NCBI GenBank assembly: GCA_049841135.1
Contig: JASGHK010000002.1
Location: 863,116-927,115, forward strand
Direction: 5' to 3'
Length of the DNA stretch: 64,000 nucleotides
From: Myxococcales bacterium
GTDB taxonomy: Bacteria > Myxococcota > Myxococcia > Myxococcales > UBA5297
Each line of letters begins with the position of its first letter. Positions within the stretch are counted from its first letter, which is position 1. The notes beneath the pieces were generated by a model that saw nothing but the letters and a program-made list of their open reading frames with translations, searched no databases and was not told the origin of the DNA. The translations under genes were made by a program, and so were the position numbers. This document shows positions 49,430-58,381 of the stretch, piece by piece.

Positions 49430-50806
49430 CTAGTCTCCCCGGTCCTTCGTCCCGTTAGGAAGCGGTGGCACGCTCAACCCACCGCCGACCCGCGCGTCCA
49501 CGACCGAGAGCCGGCCGGCGTCAGCGTCGCCCAACCGGGCTTGGATGGCGCGCACGGCCTCTCTCGCAGCATCCCCGACGGCTCCGGCCAGGACGCCCTG
49601 GGTCAACGGCAGGAGCCACTCCACTGCGCGCACGGTCCCGACCTTCGCGAGCGCGGCCGCGGCGGCCACCTTCACCTTCGCCGACTCGTGCGCCAACAAG
49701 CCGAGCAGCGCCTTCTCGGCCTCGCTCTCTTCAAAGACGCCGAGCGCGTTCGCCAGCGCCTCTCCCACCTCGGCCGGGAGCCTCATCGGCGCCGCACACT
49801 GGGCCGCGAGCCGTTCCAGCTGCGAGGCGTCCCGAGCCATGGCCACGGCGCGGATGGCGGCGCACCTCAGCAGGGGCGCGGGCGTGAGCGGATCGGAGGC
49901 GAGCGCCCGCGCCACCGTCACGGCGACCGCCTCGTAGGGATGCCCTTCCACCAGTCGGTCGAGCGCCTGCGCACGCACCCCGTCGGTCTGGACCAGGTCC
50001 TCGACGACCTCCGAGAGCGCCACGCGCGCTGCCTCCTCGCCCACCAGCGCCTGCGCCGCCCAGATCCGGGTCTCCGCGACGGAGTCGTCCAGCGCGGCGT
50101 GCAGCGCCTCTCGCGCCTCGGCCGAGCCGGGGTACCGGGTCACCAGCACCTCGAGGTTCCGCCTGCGCACCCTCGAGTTCGGGTCCTTCGAAGCGTTCTC
50201 CAGCAGCGCAACCGGGACCGAGGAGACCTCCAGCGACTGGGCCAGCGCGACGGCGTACTGGGTGAGCTCCCGGATCCGCTGGGGTTCCCCGGGCCGGTCG
50301 AGCGAATTGAAGAAGAGGTTTCCCCGCTCGACCGTCCCGCCCGCGTCGACCCACGTACGCAGCAGCGTGCGCGCACGGACACCCAGGGCGGCGAGCACCT
50401 GGTCCTCGGGCCCCTCGACGTGCACGAGCTTGTCGAAGGCGGCGTCGTCCAGCTGCACGTCCTCGCCCTCGAACCGCTTCACGATCCCCGCGAGCGGAGC
50501 CTCGCGCCGCAAGTCCAGCGTTGCGCTGATTCGCCCATTCCCCGCCAGCCGCACGCGCAGGAAGCTGCCCTGCTTGCTGCGGTAGACCTCGTCCACGATG
50601 ACGCCGAAACCCTGGTCCTCGCCGACGAGGTGCGGCGCTCCCTTGGTGTCGACGCCGAACGTCATCCCCGTCTGGTCGGCCAGGCGTCTCCAGCGCCTCT
50701 CCGCGTCCCGCTTCGCGTCGCGGCGAACGGAGACGATCAGCGCCGTCAGCATCCCCACGCCGGCGCACAAGCCAGCGACGGCGACGCCGATCGCCCATAG
50801 GTCCAT
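49430..50806 (-). CDS. membrane-anchored HEAT-repeat protein, paralog 3 of 6
   Basis: ATG at 50804-50806 inside ORF 49430..51301 gives MDLWAIGVAVAGLCAGVGMLTALIV-SVRRDAKRD. The start shares one base with the paralog 4 stop (TGATG). Family blocks DDAAFDKLVHVEGPEDQVLAAL and SVPVALLENASKDPNSRVRRRNL. Tail ..AREAVRAIQARLGDADAGRLSVVD. Confidence 0.82.
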   Translation of the reverse strand: MDLWAIGVAVAGLCAGVGMLTALIVSVRRDAKRDAERRWRRLADQTGMTFGVDTKGAPHLVGEDQGFGVIVDEVYRSKQGSFLRVRLAGNGRISATLDLRREAPLAGIVKRFEGEDVQLDDAAFDKLVHVEGPEDQVLAALGVRARTLLRTWVDAGGTVERGNLFFNSLDRPGEPQRIRELTQYAVALAQSLEVSSVPVALLENASKDPNSRVRRRNLEVLVTRYPGSAEAREALHAALDDSVAETRIWAAQALVGEEAARVALSEVVEDLVQTDGVRAQALDRLVEGHPYEAVAVTVARALASDPLTPAPLLRCAAIRAVAMARDASQLERLAAQCAAPMRLPAEVGEALANALGVFEESEAEKALLGLLAHESAKVKVAAAAALAKVGTVRAVEWLLPLTQGVLAGAVGDAAREAVRAIQARLGDADAGRLSVVDARVGGGLSVPPLPNGTKDRGD

Positions 50807-52179
50807 CAGCCGCGTTCCTTGGCCTTGTCGCCCGTGCCCAGGCTCAGCCCGCCCTCCCCGGCCTTCTCGTCCACCACCGACAGCCCGCCCGCCTCGACCT
50901 CGCCGAGCCTCGACTGGATGCCGCGGATCGCCCCTCGCGCGGCCTCCTTGAGCGAGCCGTCTGCGAACAGGCCTTGAGTCAGCGGCAGCAACCGCTCGAC
51001 CGAGCGCACCGTCCCGAGCCTCGCCAGGGCCTTGGCCGCGGCGGTCTTCACCTCGACGGCGTCGGAGGCGAGCAGGTCCAGCAGCATCGGCTCGGCGCCC
51101 GGCCCGGCGGCCTTCCCCAGCGCCTCGGCGAGTGCGGCCCCGAGCGCCGGCTCGGTGGTCCTGGCGAGGTCCGGCCTCGCGAGCAGCGGCGCCGCGTCGC
51201 TCGCGTTTCCGGCCGCCTTCACCGCCGCGATGCGCATGGCTTCGCTCGGCAGGTCGAGCGCCTTGGCGACGTGGCCCGAGACCGTGGAGTACGGGTAGCA
51301 CTCCACCAGGAGCTGCAGGACCTTCCCGCGCTGCTCGTCGGTGAGCGCGCGCGCCGAGTCGAACAAGCTCTCCAGCACCGACCGGACCTTGTCGCCCTTG
51401 CGCAAGACGCTGGCCGCGTAGATCCGGTTATCGAGCGAGCGATCGCCCAGCGCGTCCTGAAGCACCTCGCGCGTCTGGGGCAGGTTGCGGTCGCGCTTCA
51501 CCAGCATCTCGAGGTTCCGCCGGCGCACGCCCGGATTGGGATCGCTGCGCGCGTTGCGCACCAGCGCCTCGACGACGCCCGGCACCTTGAGCGCGTCGGC
51601 GGCATCGACCATGGTCCGGACGAGCGAGACCATCAGCGCGGGGTCGCTCACCAGCCCGGTCACCTCGACGCCGACCTTCCCGTCCTTGACCTCGCCGCGC
51701 CTGGCGGCGAGCTTGAGCACCGCCATGCGCGCCCGCTCGTTCAGCGCCGCCACCACGGCATCCTCGGGGCCCTGGACGTTGACCGCGGCGTCGAAGGTCG
51801 GGTCGTCGAGCTGGATGTCCTCGCCGGCGAAGACCTTCTTGAAGCCTTCCCAGGCGGACTCCGGCTTGAGCTCCATCCGCTCGTGAAAGGCGCCGCGGCC
51901 GTCGAGGGTGAAGCGGGTATAGGCCTGCGAGTTCTTCCCGGAGTTGCGGCTGAAGGTGTCGATGAGGATGCGGTGGCCGCCGATGACGCCCGCGATCTCC
52001 CGGCCGCTGGACATGCCGAGAAACGTCTTCGCGTGCACCTCGAGCCCGAGCTGCGCGGCGGCGACGCGCCACGCGGCCTCGACCCTGCGCTGCTTCAGGT
52101 GCGAGACGAGGAACACCAGGCCCGCGGCGCCGACGCTGATGGCGATGGGGAGGAAGGGTCCGATGCCGTGGTCCATCAT
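50806..52179 (-). CDS. membrane-anchored HEAT-repeat protein, paralog 4 of 6
   Basis: 457 aa. TM helix (FLPIAISVGAAGLVFLV) followed by SHLKQRR. Family blocks DDPTFDAAVNVQGPEDAVVAAL and NARSDPNPGVRRRNL. Tail GTVRSVERLLPLTQG...ARGAIRGIQSRLGEVEAGGLSVVD. The start overlaps the paralog 5 stop (ATGA, 52176-52179). Confidence 0.82.
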   Translation of the reverse strand: MMDHGIGPFLPIAISVGAAGLVFLVSHLKQRRVEAAWRVAAAQLGLEVHAKTFLGMSSGREIAGVIGGHRILIDTFSRNSGKNSQAYTRFTLDGRGAFHERMELKPESAWEGFKKVFAGEDIQLDDPTFDAAVNVQGPEDAVVAALNERARMAVLKLAARRGEVKDGKVGVEVTGLVSDPALMVSLVRTMVDAADALKVPGVVEALVRNARSDPNPGVRRRNLEMLVKRDRNLPQTREVLQDALGDRSLDNRIYAASVLRKGDKVRSVLESLFDSARALTDEQRGKVLQLLVECYPYSTVSGHVAKALDLPSEAMRIAAVKAAGNASDAAPLLARPDLARTTEPALGAALAEALGKAAGPGAEPMLLDLLASDAVEVKTAAAKALARLGTVRSVERLLPLTQGLFADGSLKEAARGAIRGIQSRLGEVEAGGLSVVDEKAGEGGLSLGTGDKAKERG

Positions 52180-53516
52180 CCGCGCTCCTGCTCCTTCTGG
52201 TTCGCCACTGCGCCGACGCTGAGGCCGCCCTCTCCCGCGCGCTCGTCGACCATCGAGAGCCGCCCGCCGTCGGCGTCGCCGAGCCTGGACTGGATGGCGC
52301 GGATCGCGTCGCGTGCGGCTTCCTTGAGCGCGGCGTTGCCCAGTACGCCTTGCGAGAGCGGGAGGAGCGGCTCGACGCTGCGGACGGTTCCGGCCTGGGC
52401 CAGCCCGACCGCGGCCTCGCGCTTGACCGCGTCGGAGCCGCTCTGGAGCAGCGCGATCAGGCTGGACTCCGCCTCGCTTCCGCCGATGGCGGCCAGGGCC
52501 TTGGCGAGCGACCGGCCCAGGGCCTCGTCGCGGGTCGCCACGAGGTTGTGCAGGGACGCCAGCTGCGAGGCGTCCCTGCCTCGACCGGCGGCCTCCACCG
52601 CCACCCGGCGCAGCGGCTCGAGCTCCTGGTACAGGGCGCGTCGGACGAGCGGGGCGATCGCGTCATAGGGGAAGAGCTGCGAGAGGCGCTCCAGGGCCGC
52701 GGCGCGCACGGCCACGGCGGCCTCCCGATCGTCCACCAGCGCTTCGAGCGTCCTTTGCACCGCCGCGCTGGCGTCCGCTCGCTGCGCTGCCAACAGCCGC
52801 ACCTCGGGGTCACGGTCGGAGAGCGCCGCCTCCAGCGCTTGCCCGGTTTCGGGAGCGGCCGCGTGGCTTGCGAGCAGCGCGGCCAGGTTCCGGAGGCGGA
52901 CCTGCGAATTGGGATCGGTCCGCACATTGCGCAGCAGCGCCACAGGGACGGAGTCGACGACCATCGACTTGGCGACCTTCGCCAGCAGCCGGGCTTCCTT
53001 CTGAAGGGGCGCCCCGCCAATCCCTGCCCCTTCGTAGTGGAAGACCAGGTTCCCCGACTCCACGACCCCGCCCGAGGCGACGAAGTCGCGCACCAACGCA
53101 CGCGCCTCGACCCCCAGGGTCGCCAGGACCACGTCCTCGGGGCCGCGAATCTTCACCGCCGCGTCGAACTCGGCATCGCCGACCTGGACGTCGTTCTTGC
53201 CCAGCGCCTTGCGCAGCCCTTGCCACGAGGACTCGACTCCGAGCGCGATGTCCGGAGGAACGCGGCCCTTGCCGTCGAGCATCAGGCGGCTACCGGTCCG
53301 GCGGTTCTCTCCAGAGCCTTTCTCGAAGATCTCCAGGCGCAGCTCAAAGCCTTCGATCTCGCCTTCCCAGGCGCGCTGCGCGACGTCATCGGTGCCAAAG
53401 GCCCCCGAGCTGGCCGCGCCGAAGTTGTCCGAGCGGTCCTTGAAGTGGCGGATGGCCATCGGAATGCCGAACGCCGCCCCAACGACCAGAATGAGGAACC
53501 AGACGAACCCTTCCAT
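52176..53516 (-). CDS. membrane-anchored HEAT-repeat protein, paralog 5 of 6
   Basis: 446 aa. TM helix (FVWFLILVVGAAFGIPMAI) followed by RHFKDR. Family blocks GDAEFDAAVKIRGPEDVVLATL and SVPVALLRNVRTDPNSQVRLRNL. Tail GTVRSVEPLLPLSQG...ARDAIRAIQSRLGDADGGRLSMVD. Starts 3 nt after the stop of paralog 6. Confidence 0.82.
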   Translation of the reverse strand: MEGFVWFLILVVGAAFGIPMAIRHFKDRSDNFGAASSGAFGTDDVAQRAWEGEIEGFELRLEIFEKGSGENRRTGSRLMLDGKGRVPPDIALGVESSWQGLRKALGKNDVQVGDAEFDAAVKIRGPEDVVLATLGVEARALVRDFVASGGVVESGNLVFHYEGAGIGGAPLQKEARLLAKVAKSMVVDSVPVALLRNVRTDPNSQVRLRNLAALLASHAAAPETGQALEAALSDRDPEVRLLAAQRADASAAVQRTLEALVDDREAAVAVRAAALERLSQLFPYDAIAPLVRRALYQELEPLRRVAVEAAGRGRDASQLASLHNLVATRDEALGRSLAKALAAIGGSEAESSLIALLQSGSDAVKREAAVGLAQAGTVRSVEPLLPLSQGVLGNAALKEAARDAIRAIQSRLGDADGGRLSMVDERAGEGGLSVGAVANQKEQERG

Positions 53517-53519
53517 GGC

Positions 53520-54890
53520 TCAGCCCTTCTCCCCGGCACGCGTGACCTGCCCGACGCTGAGAGCGCCCTCCTCCGCCACGGCCTGCACCACCGAGAGACG
53601 TCCTCCGCCAGCGTCGCCCAGCCTCGCCTGGATGGCACGGACGGCGTCGCGGGCCGCATCCTTGAGCGCTCCGTCGGCCAGGACACCTTGGGTGAGCGGC
53701 AGCAGCGGCTCGACGGCGCGGACGGTGCCGACCTTGCCAAGGCCGGCAGCGGCCTCCCGCCGCACAGCGGCCGACTCGTGGCCCAGGAGCTTGATGAGGC
53801 CGGGCTCGGCGAGCTCGCCCGCCGTGGCAAGCGCCTTCGCCAGAGCGCTGGCGACGCCCTCGTCGTGCAGCGGGGCGAGCTTCTCCATGGCCACGAGCCG
53901 GTCGACGTCTCTCCCCGCGCCCGCCGCGGCGATCGCCGCGCGCTTGAGCTCGAGCGCATCGCTCGCGAACGCGCGGCCGACGTGCGCCGCGACCTCCGGA
54001 TAGGGCCAGGCCCCGGCGAGCCGCTCGAGCGCGGATGCTCGGATCTCGGCAGGCACGCGCTCGTCGTCCAAGAGCGCCTCGAGCACCTGCTGGGCCTCCT
54101 TCTGAGCCGGCGAGAGCCGAGCGGCGAGCAGGCGGATAGCCGGGTCCGCGTCGACGAGTGCGGCCTGCAGGGCCTTGGCCGACTCGGGACTGCCGGAGTG
54201 CATCTGAAGCAGCGCCGTCAGGTTGCGCCGCCGCAGCTTCGGGTCTGCTTCCTTGGTCGCGTTCTCGAGCAGCGCCGCAGGGACCGAGGCGATCGCGAGG
54301 CTCCTGGCGACCGCGAGCATCGACTGGACCGCTCCTTCGATCTCCTTTCGGTCCCTCAGCTCGCCGTTCCACTTCAAAAGCAGCTCGCCTTCGCGGACGA
54401 CGCCGCCGCGGGCCAGGAAGGCCAGCAGGTCTTTGCGCGCCTGCGGCTTGAGCACCGCGAGCGCCACGTCCTCGGGCCCCTGGACCAGGACCGCCTTGTC
54501 GAACTCGGCCTCCCCGAGCTCGACGTCCTGCGCGCCGGCGACCTTGCGAACCGCATCCAGAGCCGTCTCGGACTTGAGGCTGAGCTCGGCGGGGACCATT
54601 CCGCGCGTGCCGAGGACGGCCCGGGTGTACTTCCGGGGCGTGCTGTGCTCCCTCAGCCCGGGGTCCTCGTTCTCGGTCCACGTCTCGACCAGCACGTCGA
54701 AGCCGTCGACCTTCCCGTGCAGCGTCCAGCCCGCCCCTTCGCTGTAGTCCAGCCCGAGCGCCCGGCCTGCGGACCACCAGGCCTCCTCGGCCTCCTGTGA
54801 GGACTTCCCGGGCCGGTCTTGCAGCCAGCGCGCGAAGAGCGACACTCCGACCGCAGCGACGCCGCACAGAATCCAGGTCACGGCTTCCAT
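53520..54890 (-). CDS. membrane-anchored HEAT-repeat protein, paralog 6 of 6
   Basis: ATG at 54888-54890 inside ORF 53520..55271 gives MEAVTWILCGVAAVGVSLFARW. An AGGAGGGGG Shine-Dalgarno lies in the 23-nt gap after the Hsp70 stop. Family blocks GEAEFDKAVLVQGPEDVALAVL and SVPAALLENATKEADPKLRRRNL. Tail GTVRAVEPLLPLTQG...ARDAVRAIQARLGDAGGGRLSVVQ. Confidence 0.82.
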   Translation of the reverse strand: MEAVTWILCGVAAVGVSLFARWLQDRPGKSSQEAEEAWWSAGRALGLDYSEGAGWTLHGKVDGFDVLVETWTENEDPGLREHSTPRKYTRAVLGTRGMVPAELSLKSETALDAVRKVAGAQDVELGEAEFDKAVLVQGPEDVALAVLKPQARKDLLAFLARGGVVREGELLLKWNGELRDRKEIEGAVQSMLAVARSLAIASVPAALLENATKEADPKLRRRNLTALLQMHSGSPESAKALQAALVDADPAIRLLAARLSPAQKEAQQVLEALLDDERVPAEIRASALERLAGAWPYPEVAAHVGRAFASDALELKRAAIAAAGAGRDVDRLVAMEKLAPLHDEGVASALAKALATAGELAEPGLIKLLGHESAAVRREAAAGLGKVGTVRAVEPLLPLTQGVLADGALKDAARDAVRAIQARLGDAGGGRLSVVQAVAEEGALSVGQVTRAGEKG

Positions 54891-54913
54891 GACGGTCCCC
54901 CTCCTGACTCGAA

Positions 54914-56602
54914 TCAGAGCAACCGGACGACGGGCTCGGCCTTCATCAGGTGCTTCTTGGTGCGTAGGTCGAAGACGGTGGCGCACAGCCAGCGCTCGGC
55001 GTTGACCCCGAAGGCCACCTCCAGGCGCGGGCGCGAGTCCTGTGGCGAGTGCGGCGGGTCGAGGTAGCCCAGCGCCGGGTTGGCCTCGTTGAGCTTGACC
55101 ACCAGCGGGCCCTCGCCCTGCCCGTCCTTGCCGCCCATCTTGTGCAGCTGGCCGGTGGCGTCCCAGCCGAAGGTGCGCCCCTCGCCGCCCTCGCCGATCT
55201 CGCAGATGACGAGCTTGAAGACCTTCTCCGGCTCGCCCAGCGCGCAGGTGGGGACGAGCTGGCGCTTCCACAGGTCGAGCTGGGTCGGGAAGCGGGTGCC
55301 CTTGGGCACGATGACGGTGTGCTCCGGCTTCTTGGACTTGAGGTCGTAGGTCACGAGCGCGTAGTCGTGGACGATGAAGTCGACCGGCTCGGTGCGCCCG
55401 GCGGCGAAGACTGCGGCCCCGTAGGCCACCGCCTCGAACGGCTGCCAGGCGCGGACCTTGGCGCGCCCGAAGCGCGTCTCGAACATCTTGTAGACCTCGG
55501 GGAGCAGCGTCGAGCCGCCGACCATCAGCACGTCCTCGACGTCCGACTCCGAGAGCCCCTTCTCCCGGGCCTGCTCCAGGACCTCGGCGAGGCAGTGCTC
55601 GAGCGCGCCGTAGACGCCGCGCTGGCGCAGGAGATCGATGAGGTCCTGCTGGGTCAGCTCCACCGAGCGCGCGTCGCCGCGCAACCGGGCCGAGAGGCTG
55701 CGCAGGTGCTCGGGCGGGGCCAGCTCGAAGACCGCCTGCTTCTTGAAGAAGATGGCCTCCTTGGCCCGGCAGGCGTCGGCGAGCATCAGCCGCCGCCAGA
55801 GCAGGACCTCCTCGGAGGCGTCGTCGTCGAGCGGGAACTCGAGGCGCCGGCAGAGCTCAGCCAGGAGCCACTGGTCGACGAGGTTGCCGCCGATGTCGCG
55901 GCCGGCCTTGGCGACGACCTCGCTGCTGCCCTTCTGCACGCCCGCCGGGTCGAGCCGGATGAGGGCGACGTGCATCGTCCCGCCGCCGAAGTCGACGACC
56001 AGGACCTTGCGCTGCCGGGTGAGCCCGAGGCCGTAGCCGAGCGCCGCGGCGACCGGCTCGTCCAAGAAGCGCAGCTTCTTGATGCCCAGCGCCTTGCCGG
56101 CCGCGACCAGCTCCGCGCGGTACGTCTCGAAGGCCTCGACGGGCGAGGTGATGGCGAGGTCGCGGATCCGCTCGCCGGTGACGGCCTTGGTCTCGGCCAT
56201 CAGCTCGCGCAGGAACATCCGGCAGACCTCGCGGGCCGAGAAGCTGGTCTTGCCGATGCGCGCGATGGGCATCAGGGGCGCGGTGCCGAGCACGCGCTTG
56301 AAGGTGGAGACGAACTGGGGCCGCTGCTGGACGGCGTTCATCTCCAGCGCCGGGCGGCCGATGTGGGCGAGCTTGCCCCAGAAGAAGTTGCGGGCGAGCG
56401 GCCCCGACTGCCCGAGCTTCGCCCACACCCCCGGCTCCTCGAGGACGTGGACCGCCGAGGGGACGGCGCGGGCGGCATCGACGGCGTCTGCGTGGCCGGG
56501 CTTGCGGCTGAGGTTGGGGAGCTCGAGCAGCGCCGGGCGGTCCGCCTGCGGTTCCCAGCGCGCGAGCAAGGTGTTGGTGGTGCCGAGATCGAGAGCCCAC
56601 AT
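54914..56602 (-). CDS. atypical Hsp70/DnaK-superfamily ATPase lacking the helical lid
   Basis: ATG at 56600-56602 inside ORF 54914..57337 (562 aa). Actin-fold ATPase motifs are intact: ALDLGTTNT (phosphate 1), VLVVDFGGGTMHVAL (phosphate 2), VLMVGGSTLLPEV (adenosine) and LDEPVAAALGYG. About 170 aa of beta-rich C-terminus follows, with no alpha-helical lid and no EEVD. Confidence 0.88.
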   Translation of the reverse strand: MWALDLGTTNTLLARWEPQADRPALLELPNLSRKPGHADAVDAARAVPSAVHVLEEPGVWAKLGQSGPLARNFFWGKLAHIGRPALEMNAVQQRPQFVSTFKRVLGTAPLMPIARIGKTSFSAREVCRMFLRELMAETKAVTGERIRDLAITSPVEAFETYRAELVAAGKALGIKKLRFLDEPVAAALGYGLGLTRQRKVLVVDFGGGTMHVALIRLDPAGVQKGSSEVVAKAGRDIGGNLVDQWLLAELCRRLEFPLDDDASEEVLLWRRLMLADACRAKEAIFFKKQAVFELAPPEHLRSLSARLRGDARSVELTQQDLIDLLRQRGVYGALEHCLAEVLEQAREKGLSESDVEDVLMVGGSTLLPEVYKMFETRFGRAKVRAWQPFEAVAYGAAVFAAGRTEPVDFIVHDYALVTYDLKSKKPEHTVIVPKGTRFPTQLDLWKRQLVPTCALGEPEKVFKLVICEIGEGGEGRTFGWDATGQLHKMGGKDGQGEGPLVVKLNEANPALGYLDPPHSPQDSRPRLEVAFGVNAERWLCATVFDLRTKKHLMKAEPVVRLL

Positions 56603-56692
56603 GCGGCCCCGACGATAGCGGCGCCGCTCCGCCAGTGGCAAGGAGCCGTGCGCCGGGTGCGCAGGGAGGAAGCTGCGGTAGCATCCGCGGCC

Positions 56693-57449
56693 ATGACGAC
56701 CCTGCGCGAGATCACCCGCTACCTGGACGAAGAGCTCAAGCTCGGCGAGATCCCCGACGAGCCGAACGCGGTCAACGGCCTGCAGCTGGACGCCGGCACC
56801 CAGGACGTCGCACGCGTCGCCTGCGGCGTGGACGCCGGGGACGCGACGATCGAAGCCGCCTGCAAGCTCGGCGCGAACCTGCTGGTCGTCCACCATGGCC
56901 TGATGTGGGGCGGTAACCGGCCGTACGTCGGGCCGCACGGCCGCAAGCTCAAGCGCTGCTTCGACGCGGGGATGTCGGTCTACTCGGCGCACCTGCCGCT
57001 CGACGTGCACCCGGTGCTGGGCAACAACGCCGGGCTGGCCAGGGCGCTGGGGCTGACCGTCGACGGGACGTTCGGGAAGTTCCAGACGATTCGAGCTCGG
57101 GCTGAGCGCCGGCTGCGACCTCTCGCTCGCGGAGCTGTCGGCGAAGGTGCGCTCGGCCATCGGCGAGCACCGCATCGCCGGCGCCGGACCGGACCGCATC
57201 CGGCGGCTGGGCCTCTGCAGCGGCGGCGCGGGCTCGTACGCCTCGGCCGCGGCGCGAGCCGGGCTCGACGCGCTGCTCACCGGCGAGGGGCCGCACCACA
57301 CCGCCATCGAGGCCGAGGAGCGCGGCATCCACCTCATCCTGGCCGGGCACTACCGGACCGAGACGTTCGGGGTGAAGGCGCTCGGCGAGCGGCTGGCGGC
57401 CAGGTTCGGCGTGAGCTGGAGCTTCGTCGAGCACGACACCGGGCTGTGA
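56693..57449 (+). CDS. NIF3/YbgI-family dinuclear-metal protein; apparent +1 frame break at 57088-57092
   Basis: From ATG 56693: ..PNAVNGLQL..LLVVHHGLMWGG..YSAHLPLDVHPVLGNNAGLARALGL.. ORF 57147..57449 supplies ..CSGGAGSYASAAARAGLDALLTGEGPHHTAIEAEERGIHLILAGHYRTE.. in the next frame. Deleting one T of GATTC gives FGKFQTIELGLSAGCDLSLAELSAKV. Confidence 0.82.
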
Positions 57450-57496
57450 GTCTGCGGCACGACTTCTTTTCGGCCGCTTCGCTTCCCCCCCTCCGC

Positions 57497-58342
57497 TCAT
57501 CGGCCTTTGGGCTTGCCTCCGGCAGCCGTGGTTTGGCTGTAGCTGCGGCGGCCCGCCCAGACGCGCGTCCGGCTGCGAAGGCCGTCGAGGACGAAGGAGC
57601 CAGTATCCGAGGTGATCCTCGTGATTGCCTTTCCCGTCGCGCGCCTGAAGTCAGCTCCGAACGCCTCGCATCGACCCGCGTCGCCGCCGCAGACGGCCGT
57701 TGGGGAATTGCTTGAAAGCAGCTCCCAGGTGCGCAGAGCCTGCTTGGGGTCGGCATCCGGAGGCGACTGGTAGAAGAGGTGCGGCACCGCGCGCGCGACC
57801 GCGAGGGCCTCGAAGTGGCGCGGGAAGAACTGGAAGAAGACCACCGGCTCCCCACCCATCCCCAGCCCGCGGGTGACGAGCGCCGAGGTCAGCGCGAGGT
57901 CGGTGTACTCGAACACCGGGTCCGGGAAGCCGGCCTCGCTGAGCCTGGACAGCACGCGCTGCTCCCCTGCCTCCTGGCCCCGGTGAGCGTGAGCGACCAC
58001 CCGGCGGGTGGCCGCTCCGGGCAGATCGACGACGAGGTCCATGTCCTGCTCGTCGATCGGCGAGGGCATCAGCTCGAGGAGACCGCGTGTGCACACCTTG
58101 AGATCTGGCGCTGGCTCCGCAGGAACCTCGACCGAGCGGAAGAGGTGGCTGTGGTCGAACGAGCAGTAGACCGTGCGCTCGGCGCGTGAGCGCACGGCAG
58201 CCGTCGCCCGGAGGAGCGCGTCGAGCTCCACTGCCGAAGGCACGGGCTGGGCCCAGGGCGAGACGCCCAGAGGCTGCGTACACCCCGTGTCCGAGGCCCA
58301 GACTTCGGCGGCCTCGTCGATGGCAACGATGAAGAGTTCCAC
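57497..58342 (-). CDS. hypothetical protein
   Basis: 281-aa ORF with protein-like composition. It is co-directional with the peptidase gene and starts 39 nt downstream of it. There is a faint, unverified resemblance to degenerate actin-fold (PilM/FtsA-like) proteins (..VFEYTDLALTSAL.., ..AVCGGDAGRCEAFGADFRRATGKAI..). Confidence 0.5.
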   Translation of the reverse strand: MELFIVAIDEAAEVWASDTGCTQPLGVSPWAQPVPSAVELDALLRATAAVRSRAERTVYCSFDHSHLFRSVEVPAEPAPDLKVCTRGLLELMPSPIDEQDMDLVVDLPGAATRRVVAHAHRGQEAGEQRVLSRLSEAGFPDPVFEYTDLALTSALVTRGLGMGGEPVVFFQFFPRHFEALAVARAVPHLFYQSPPDADPKQALRTWELLSSNSPTAVCGGDAGRCEAFGADFRRATGKAITRITSDTGSFVLDGLRSRTRVWAGRRSYSQTTAAGGKPKGR

Positions 58343-58381
58343 TCCGACTCCCTTTCGCGCAGCTCTCTTCCGAGAGCCGCG

